From: the human T2T-CHM13v2.0 reference genome, Homo sapiens
Length of the DNA stretch: 64,000 bases
Reading direction: 5' to 3' (one strand)
Assembly: GCF_009914755.1 (NCBI RefSeq)
Contig: NC_060928.1
A program made the translations under genes and the position numbers. Below the pieces are notes generated by a model, which made no database searches, was not told the origin of the DNA, and was given only the letters and a program-made list of their open reading frames with translations. Within the stretch, counting starts at the first letter, position 1. Every line of letters starts with the position of its first letter. Of this stretch, positions 53,801 to 64,000 are shown one piece after another.

Positions 53801-56800
53801 CCAACTTTGGATTCTGCACAGAAATAGCAAAATACTTTGCACATTAAGTGCCCAAGAAATGCATTAAGTGAATGATTGAACAATGATTGAATGGTGATAT
53901 TAAGGACTCACTGTTTTTGCAATATTGTAAGCATCTTTTCAAATTATTCCCATACGTTCGTACTAAAACAGTAACTTGGGAAATTGTTCTACTATACGTT
54001 AAGTCTGACAGTCTAGAGATCTCTGATTTTGGGGACAATATTTGTATTGAGTAAAAAAAATTATTCTGAGGGTCTTCCTTTGATCTGAGTGAAGAATGTT
54101 TTGAATCTTGACAGGGCTGGACCTACATTTGGCACATTTTGATAACCTGCAGGCAAGTTGGCTGAAGTTGCTGGCAGTGACTCCAGAAATCATTATCAAC
54201 ATAATTTCCTTTTTCTTATGACATGTAATCCTTTCCCTATCCTCACAACCCAATCTTTCGACCACTCTTGATAGTGGGAGGCTGCTGCTTTGAGTCATGT
54301 ACCCAGCCACTGAGCACAGGCTTTCTCTGGAATGTGTCCTGTGTTGATTGCACTATTTATTAGTTTTATAGCAACAGAGCTGAGTGCTTCTTTGGTGTCT
54401 TTCTTGGGATTGTGTACATCATTCAGCCAGAAACAAAGAGTAGTTTGGATCCTTGCTGGCACCTGAACTGACTTGAAAGGGAATTTAGAGTTAAATCCTT
54501 ATAACGCATAGATGTTTATGAGAAACATTGTTTTATACATGTTTATGGAAATAAAATTATTTCAAATGATGGTGCTTGAGGGTACTATGAGATGAGACAG
54601 GGCTGAGCTCAATAGTGAAGGCACAGAAATGGAAATGCTAAAGGGAGTTTTAATGGTTGGCTTTAGCTCTGATGGGGGCAACGAGGCCTTAACCTTGTTT
54701 TCTTTACCAGCTCTTCCACTGTCCTTTTGGCTTGCTGAGAATCTAACAGTATCTCACTCCATTTCGCTGTTGCTGTAATGAAGAAGCAGTGCTGTTGGTC
54801 AGTGGATTTTTCCAGAAGGTTGAGTTAAAGGGTATAACAAGCAGAGGGTGATAGTTTGAGAAAGCTCCAGATATGCACACTTCTACCCTCCCCTCTAACC
54901 ATCATTTTCTGGAGTGTGATTTTGCCCCCGCAGCTTGCTTTACTGTCCACTAAACCACTTTCTTGTTTTCAGCCATGTGGATTCTTGTCCTTGCAAAAAG
55001 ATTTCCCCAACTCTTTAGAACTTTGACCTTTAAAGTCTGCCTGAGGAATGTAAGAGAACTGCACATTTTACACAACTGATGTAAGATTTGTTTAGAACTT
55101 CAGAAAAACACGGGGTGGGGGGCAGTGTGCACAATGCATTTTTACAAGAGGCCCATTCAACAACACAGGATATGGCGAAAATAAAACAGGATTGGGTGGG
55201 ATGCATGTTTGGGTTCTCAGGGGGCTGAAATCAAAGAGGTGTGCAAACTATTCTGCATAAATCCTTGCCATCCGCTTTGATAAATGAGATTACAGACTTG
55301 AAAGGTCAATTATATATTCGTAAGGAGAAATGCCAGGTTTGTGTTAATGTTTGTGCCTGACAGGATCTTAAAATAGACTTGAGTGAGCTAATCACATTGA
55401 TGACCGTGTACAGTAGTGGAGAAGAGCTTAATACAATTTTATTACCTCCTATGGGCAAATATTTGCCTCACGAGACACACCCAATCCCTCCAGAATAGAC
55501 TATTGTAAACAACTGGCTCCCCTTTTACAAGAGCTGAAATCTTTATGATGTTTGGGAATGCTGAAACTAAGGGCTAAAGAGCTTATTTGAATCTTGTCTT
55601 TCAGCCAGGAAAGCTCACCAATTGATTTTTTCTCCCTCTTTCTTTCTCACTAACTATGCCCAAGGCATGTTCTAGAAAACTAACATTGGCGAGAGTTCTG
55701 TTCACCCTTCCCAGTTTTATTCCTGGGAATGACAAATGGTGGGTGTTTTCGAATTTCCCATGTAGTTCCAGCAGACAAATATGTTTCCTTCATGTTTCTT
55801 TGCCTGCATGCAGCAAGGAGCATGACTTCAAAGTCTCAGATCTCGCATAGAAAAAGGTGAGAGTCACTTCTAATATTTTTGCTGGCAGGATTCTACAAGA
55901 TTTAAACCTGACTGCTTGCACAACTCGTGGAAATGTAATGAGTCTTTACCCCAAAATGCCTTACCTATAATTGAGTATACACAGGGTTAATATCATTGCT
56001 CCTAGCCTGTGCAGTTAGGCCATGTGATGTACTCAATTTCAGTTACCTTCACTTGGTTTATTTAACAGAGATAAATGTATTACAAGTGTGAAATGAAAAA
56101 AAAAATGAAGAGAAGCGAGACAGTATCTTTCTCCTCATTAATATGTGGATATATGTGTTTATGAATGTATTTGTATTAATGCTGACTTATAGAGTTACAT
56201 TTTGGAATTACTTAGGACTATGTAACACCATTCACATTATCGAAACTGATTTAGTCTAGCCAGATTAAAACAATTCTGGCCTAAACAGGAATAATCTGTA
56301 TTTCAGGTACCTTTTAATATTAAGAAGGTCTAGTGATTCATATGTAACTTCTAAAAAATTTTTTGGATTGTTAACTATGCTCAAATTCTATCAAAGGAAA
56401 CACTGTGCTTTTGCAATATTGTAAGCATCCTTTCAAATTATTCCCATACGTTTGGAGCCATGTAAATTACCATTGCAGCATGTTGACTATGGATTTGAAA
56501 TCATGCAGGTTTAAGAAGCAATAAGGTCTTCTTCCTCATTCAGTACCCTTAGAGCCCATGTAAATAAATAAGTATAATAACATGTGGTGAGTATCTTACT
56601 GGAGGTATGTACAAGGCTAAGTGGGTCACAAAAGAACAGACAGTTAGCTCTAACTGGAGTGGAAGTGGCCAGGAAAGTCTGCAGCAGGTGAAGCTTGAGC
56701 CGAGCTTTAATAAGCTGTGTCAATGTTCATCAATGCACAGGAGGAAAGACCTTCCCAGAGAAATGGATCTGGGTCTATGCCCTCCTTAAAACTCTTCCAT

Positions 56801-58713
56801 TTGCTGGCTATGTGACTTTGGGAGAGCCGCTTTCCTATTTGAGCCAAATTGTTTCACCTGTAGACTGAAACACCTGCCTTACAAAATTGTTAGATTATAT
56901 GAGAGAATATACATGAAAATGCTTTGAGAATTGGAAAATACTCTTCAGATGTAACATATTCTTAGCGCACTAAAGGTTTTTCCAGCTTTCAAAAGAACTT
57001 GACCTTTGAAGATAACTATGCTTGTATGATGTGTGTGTGTGTGTTTTCATGTCAAATGTGACTGTGGGGGTATTGTAAAGTTAGGCTAAACTGCTGTCAC
57101 AAATAGAACCAAAAGTGTATTATGGTTTAAATATAGCAGGAGCTAATTGCTTGCTCATGTAAGTGTTTACAGTGAGTGTTCCTGGTCAACAAGTAGTTTT
57201 CTTCCACAGTGTTCCTAGCTGGGTGTGCAGAAAGAAAGAGACTTGGGGACTAAATGCATAGCAGTCTTTACCACCATGGTAGTAGTTTGTGTCTAATATA
57301 TGTGCACACGCCTTTATACTTCAGGCAGCATGTGGACATCGACCCAGCCAGAACAGAAATCAGTATAAACTAATCATACACATGAAAATGGAAACCCACA
57401 AATAATACTAGCTTCTCTTTTGAAAAAGCAGTAATGTGTGTTTGTTTTTGAGAAGATTTTAAAAAAAAACAATGAAAATGGCCCCAGCAGAGAATGCCCT
57501 TTCCTTATGTTGTCAGTGATGGGGCTAACTGAGCCTGGAAAAGAAACAGATGCCGTGAGGGAGAAATTGGTAGGTGGGAGAACTGGAGGGAGAGGCTTCC
57601 CGCAACCTTGTCTTCCAGAGCTTTATAACCATCCTCCCTACTCTGTCATGTTTCCTCCTAATATCTATTTCTCTTTGTTCATTGCTACTTGAGTAAGTCT
57701 CTACTGCCTCCCCCTGCAAGCAGCCCTGGCCACCCAGGGCTTTAATGACAAGAAAAAATCATATCTTTTCCTCCCTACAAGATGAATATGCCAGATTCCC
57801 AGGAATATCAGCTGTTTAAAAACATCACTAGATTATTAGATCTAAGGCAAAGGAAATAGAGTTTTTGTACCTGCTCAAATTGTGGCCATTTGATAAACCT
57901 GCTACCTTTAGAGTACAGATGTCTTTGAAAGAGACTCCAGCTTCTTATGTTGCTCAACACTTCACCCCGTATCGAGAGCAGGAAAGAAGACAACAGCTAC
58001 ACTTTGTAGAAGGAAGGGGAAAACCCACAAAGAAGCCAACCTGCCTTTTATCAGTGTGAGCTCTTTGTTTTGGTGACATAACACACCATGTCAGTTCCTG
58101 GCATGCTTAATTTCTGGCTTGCCTAAAGTAACAACAATGCCAGTTACTAGAAATACAGCTGCTATAAATGGTAACTGATAATATTATGCATATTTTTAAT
58201 GACTTGAAAAAATGTTTTCGGAAAATTGCCTTGGAGGCTCTAGTTTCAATTCTGTAAGTCAAAGGGTGATAAGATTAAGCCAGGTAAATCTACGTTTTCT
58301 TGGGCTGAGGCGCCTCCAGCATCTGCCCAAGCTTCTGGCTGAGTGCTAGGCAGTCTCTAGCCTTGTCTTTGAAACAGAAGTCTGGAGAAGCCCCAGGGAG
58401 TGGGGGAGGCAAAGTGGGCTAGATTCATCTTGAACTGCAGCCAAGATTCAGCTGCTCCTGGTCTTGGTCTCCACTGACTGAATCTGTTTGGAGGCCCATC
58501 TGGCACTGTGAGCTGGGATGAATTCAGCTCTGAAATGTAATTGTTGACCCCTGACTATATAGGAAGAAGAGAAGTAATCAAGACATTACTTATTTCCAAA
58601 TATCACACCTAAGAGCCTGATTTTGAAAACTGTTGCTAGTGGTGGCATCAGTAACTTCATTTAATCATTGGGTTTTCTTCAGAATGCAGAAATACGTATT
58701 TCCTTAGTAAACA

Positions 58714-59085
<372 letters not shown>

Positions 59086-60398
59086 TAGTGGGAAGTATCA
59101 GAATGTTCTGGCCTTGACTAAAGAAGCCTCTGATTTTCTTGAAAGTGAATTTCTAGCCTAAATGTTACCTTTGATTAAGTTGATGTAGTAGGTTGTGTTA
59201 GGTAAGTCTTCTAAACAACCTGCATTTTTGTCTGCTTCTGTGTGACTACCTCAGACACCACTGATACCCACAATTTCTTCTTTTTAAAGGACGATTAGAA
59301 TACCATTCCTCTTTCTTAGAACCCTTCCTTCATGTGTCACAAAGGAATAGCCAACTATTTGGATTTGCCATAGTTCGAGATTGTCAATTTTTCCATTAGC
59401 AAGTAGAAGGGAAAATCTAGTAACTTTGAACCCAGATAAAATTTCCATCAAAGTAAAACTGTTGTGTTTTTTTTTATTTCTATATGATAAAGTTTGGATA
59501 TATTGACAATAAATTCCACTAAGATTCTTTGCAAAGATTATTGACATTTTCAACTAGAACAAGGGGAGGATTAAATTACTTATATTAGCTTTGAGAAAAT
59601 CAGATACATTTACTATTCAGAAACAATGCAGGAAGAGCTTAATTTCCATAAAATTTACCTAGAATTGAGAATATTTTAGCATTAAAAAAATCAAATTTTA
59701 CTATCACACTGGTTTTTAAGTAAAATTAAAACATAATTTTAAAAGAAAAAATCAAATTTTATAGCTCTAGTAGTCTCTGGGGGAAAGTCTGGTTGAGAAT
59801 ATTTTGTCCTGCTTCTCTTTTTCTTTCAGCTGTTTGCTTTTTTGTCATTTCTCTACAGGTCAACCGAAAGTTGATGGAATTTTCACTCAAACTATTTCGC
59901 TACTTACTAGCAAAACTGGGGAAAAAGCATGGAAATGATTTGACATCAGTGATTTAAAGTAAAATGTTAGATGTGTGGATTTAATTTAATTGTTTCATTC
60001 CTGACTTCCTTGATTGTATAATAATTTAATTGCCACAGAGCCCGTTCTTCCATCAAAGAGTCCTTGAGATGGCCTCTTTGTGAAGCCCATTCGCCAGCAT
60101 GGTGGACACATCGGGAGGAGCACAGGCAGCCTTTGCTGTTCAGGTCGCTCATCTTTTCTCTTCCTCTACTGCTTTTTCTGCATTATTACTCCCATCTGTC
60201 TGTATCATCTCCTCAACTAAATATTAAGTTTTTTGAGGTCAGGATCTATCTTAAGTCTATTTTCTCTGATAGTATTTATCACATCCTCATTCTTATAGTA
60301 GTTGTTCTAAAAATGTTAGTTGGATGAACAGATAAAGTTGGAAACTCATGAAATTCTCCCTAACACCTTGCTTTTTTATTTGTCCTCATTTAACAATT

Positions 60399-60402
<4 letters not shown>

Positions 60403-60431
<29 letters not shown>

Positions 60432-60713
60432 GAGACAGGGTCTCACTCTGTCACCCAGGCTGGAGTGCAGTGGTGTACTCATGGCTTACTGCAGCCTTGA
60501 CCTCACAGGCTCAGGCAATCTTTCTGCCTTGGCCTCCAGAGTAACTGGGACAACAGGCACATGCCACCACACCTGGATGATTTTTAAATTATTTGTAGAG
60601 ATAAGGTCTCATTATGTTGCACAGACTGGTCTTGAACTCCTGAGATCAAGCAATCCTCCTGCCTCAGACTCTCAAAGTGCTGGGATTACAGGCATAAGCC
60701 ATCACACCCAGAC
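60403..60713 (-). mobile_element. AluJ SINE
   Basis: Long poly-T, J diagnostics; TSD 'acaatttgcctt'. Confidence 0.95.
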
Positions 60714-63199
60714 ACAATTTGCCTTCTTAATAAAAGCATATTACTTTTTGTTTTCCTGATGAGTAGAAATAGAAAAATTCCAGAAAATATGAAGATAGGC
60801 AATGCAAACATCAACTATAATCTTATGCCCAAATATTACTATTATTATTGGGCATATTTTTCAGCAGTGTTTTTTCTATGCATGTTAATGTATACATGTG
60901 TAATTTTTTGGTTCTGTTTTATTGCTTGCGAATGTATTATATTAACAGTTTTCTATGCAACTTTTCTCACCAAAGCATAATTAACATTTTCCCCATGACT
61001 TAAGACATTTTTGGTTATATTGTATTCCATCATATGAATAGACCATAATTTATTAATTAGATAGGCTCTCTTTTAAGTTGCAGAGCCAACTCAACCTAAC
61101 TGAAGCAGAACAAGAAGGACGGATATTTATTACAAGGTGAGATAGAACATGACATGAATTAGTATGATCCCAAGTCTACAGTGAGAAATGGCAAAGGCAG
61201 AGTGACTAGATAGAGTTGTAAGGAGTGATTACCTCTGGCTGGGACATAGGGCTTCATAAGGGAGATGGTATTGATCTGGGCACAAAGGAGAAGTAACAGT
61301 GGTAAAGACTTACATGTTTTAAGTGCTGCCCGTGTGATGCCCTATTCTCATCATTTTACATGGATTATTTCATTCAAAACTTTTGCTCTTTTTACTTAAC
61401 AGTTACAATGAAACATTTCCCCCATGCTTATCAATTAAGACATTTTTGGTTATATTATATTCCACAATAAGAATACATTATAATTTATTTATTAATTAGG
61501 CTCCTTTTAAGTTGCGGAACCAACTCAACCTACCTGAGGCAAAACAAGGGTTTTTTAAATCATCTTTATTATAAGATACTTTCATTCCCATTTCACAGAT
61601 GACAAAACTAAGGAGAGTTACCCATGTTCAATTAGGATTTTGACATCCAGACAGGAGAAATGGGGGCTGAGCTGGGTGATGTAAGCAGAAAGAGGCAATT
61701 CACCAAAACCAATAGCCTCACCAAAAGCATCATGAACCACATACATCTACACAATATCACAGTGAGTCTGTTCCTTGGGGTGCGTTTCGTTAGGACCTGC
61801 CAGATGGAGAAGACAGGAAATAACTACCTTTCACAGTGGCTCTTTAATGTGGTTCCCCAAACAGCCACCTGCGCTACCCATTGCAAGGAACTGAGGATTT
61901 CAAGTCATCTCTTGAAACTTCTGTGTGACAGTTTCTCCCATAACGGCTCCTTAGTTGAAGATCAAAAGCCACCAGACATTATAACATACAGCCAAATTTT
62001 AATAAATGATTTCTGCAAAGATGGGTAATTGAGGTAACACCAGAGAAATATACACACCTACAAAATAAAAGCTAAAAAATCTTACCTTATTTCTGGGTCT
62101 TTAAATGTGGTGTATAACCTGTTAGAAACATGAGTATTGGTCAAACATGCTATGATGAGCTGGTTCTTCTCACTATCTGCCTAAGACCAAAACATAACTC
62201 TGGGCTTTGCAGAAATCCCTAAATGCCTCTCTAGGCTCATTCTTGCCTCTTTGCATCATAATTCACAATGCATGTGAGAAAGTTCTAATTTCTTAGTTTC
62301 CCTTGGCTCACTTGTTGCATGGAGGGAGCCACCAACTGGAGGCAGCAGCCCTAGGCTGTTGGAATGGCTGCAGTGGGTCTGTCTTTGAAGTCTTACCCTG
62401 CAGTTATCTCTCATTGCACCAGGCAGGCTGTAAGCAAGCCCGTTGCATGCAGCTGTCACCATTTAAGCCAGCATGCGTTTGAAGATGTGCCGCCCCTCAC
62501 CCCTTGTGAGGGAAGCCAGAATAGAACAAAGTGTGGTGTTCCCATGAAATCATCTGAGTGCTTGATAAGAGTGTGAGTCTGCACCTTTTCCCCTTGACGG
62601 AAGGAGGTTGGGAGAAGGGGTCAGGGAGGAGACAAAGCTCATATTACCTCCTCTTTGCAAATGTCCTACACAGGTAGCTGTAACTGCCACACTTTAAGGC
62701 AGTTCTTGATGGTTCTTGTTGACAAAAGTGTGCATATGGTAGAGATGGTGATGATGGCAGTGGGAGGGAGGTGTGAGGGGAAGACAGGTCTCAGGATTTC
62801 TGGTGGACTCGTCATGTGGGCCCTTACCAAGCAATTTTTCTCACCTCTTCCCTTCCTTGTTCAGAGCACAGTTGAGACCCCAAATCTTCACGCTGCTGTC
62901 GAACATATGTTCTAGAGGAGTGGTGAGATAATGTCGCAGCCGTTGAGGCAGTAAGCATTGGCTGTGGTTTTTGATTTCCTCACCATGTCTTTATCACTTG
63001 ATGAATGTATTAGTCTGTTTTACCCCTGGAGTAGGAGCTAGGACATTTTTGCCATCTCTTTTTCCCCACTCCCATGCTTCATCTCTTAAAAGAAAGTGGC
63101 TGCTCAGAAGAGCACTGAATTTACCCAGACCTCCCAAACATCCCGTCAAAAGCTTCTTCCTTCTGGGTTGATTTATCTGTTGCTGCAAATATGATACCA

Positions 63200-63480
63200 C
63201 ACATGGAGAACTGGCGCTTGGCCTCTGAGAGCAGCTCCTTGTAACAAAACTATTTACAGGATCCAGGCAGGGGCGAGGCGCGGGCAATGCGCTGGAGGGT
63301 CCGACGTTTGCTTTCACTGACCAGCTGTCCTGCTTGGTGAGCTGCCCTTGCGGCTGACTTCACAGAGAAGCCAAGCAACCAAGAGCAAATTGCTCATTTT
63401 ACAAACAAAAATGCAGACAGTAGGAGAGCCTGTATAAGCTGAGTTACAAATTGCTGTCAGGCCTGCGTGGGCAGTTGGCA
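63200..63480. promoter_or_regulatory. Small CpG cluster in unique DNA, candidate enhancer or promoter
   Basis: 'ggggcgaggcgcgggcaatgcgctggagggtccgacg'; forkhead-like 'tttacaaaca' at ~63398. Confidence 0.35.
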
Positions 63481-64000
63481 GTCAAGAATGGAGCCTCAGG
63501 TTCTCTGCCTGAGGGGAAGGAAGGGAAGATTCCTGTTATTCACACTGGAAGGACAGTGGAGGAATTCCTGGTATGAGAATTGTCCGCCTCTCTCTGCATC
63601 TGCAGACACCATGTGGCTGGCCTGTTGGTGGCCGGGGAGATTACATAAAGGGTTGGAAAGCTCACAGTCTTTGTGAAGGATAAACATCTTCCCTCTGCCA
63701 CCAAAGCAGTAGCAATTGTGGTTCCAGGATGGGAGGTTTCAAAACAAAAATAGGCCAATGCTATTGGCATTGCATTGCCTTCAACAAGATACCATCAGCT
63801 CTCATCAGAGAGCAGTTTACTAGTTTCTGGATAACCCGGGCCTTTATTCTTCCCTCCCTACTCAGGCAGAATCCTAGAAAGGAACTGAAATTTGATCTGG
63901 GCAATTTTTCTATTTGTAAGTACTTTATAGAAAAGGGTTGGCTACAGAAATGACTCGAGCTACTGACCAGAATTCAGTTTATACATGATGTGTGTCTCTA

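Overview
Primate (human-like) non-coding genomic DNA, intergenic or deep intronic. I found no protein-coding exon or gene I can recognise, and no rRNA, tRNA or CRISPR array. The long ORFs in the track come from Alu, L1 or LTR sequence, from low-complexity DNA, or from chance. Much of the window is interspersed repeats: 14 Alus (J/S types, most with visible TSDs), several L1 fragments including a twin-primed 5'-inverted L1PB, solo LTRs (LTR8A, MER50, LTR16-type), a ~5 kb decayed ERVL provirus with recognisable protease/RT/RNaseH/integrase motifs, MER DNA transposons, and MIR/L2 relics. Repeat-poor blocks at ~34.3-38.2 kb, ~51.6-56.5 kb and ~61.9-64 kb are candidate regulatory DNA. The most notable unexplained signals are (i) a minus-strand polypyrimidine-CAG|GTAAGT junction at 53440/53441 followed by a 66-nt stop-filled exon candidate, the layout of a recursive-splicing site; (ii) four short dispersed direct duplications (26-135 bp, 0.4-2.5 kb apart), some cutting into old repeats, that look like templated repair insertions; and (iii) a GGAA-rich compound repeat with a triplicated 21-bp unique core. 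Repeat subfamily names are recognised from memory and were not computed; boundaries of old repeats are approximate. I did not find convincing evidence of a new protein-coding system.
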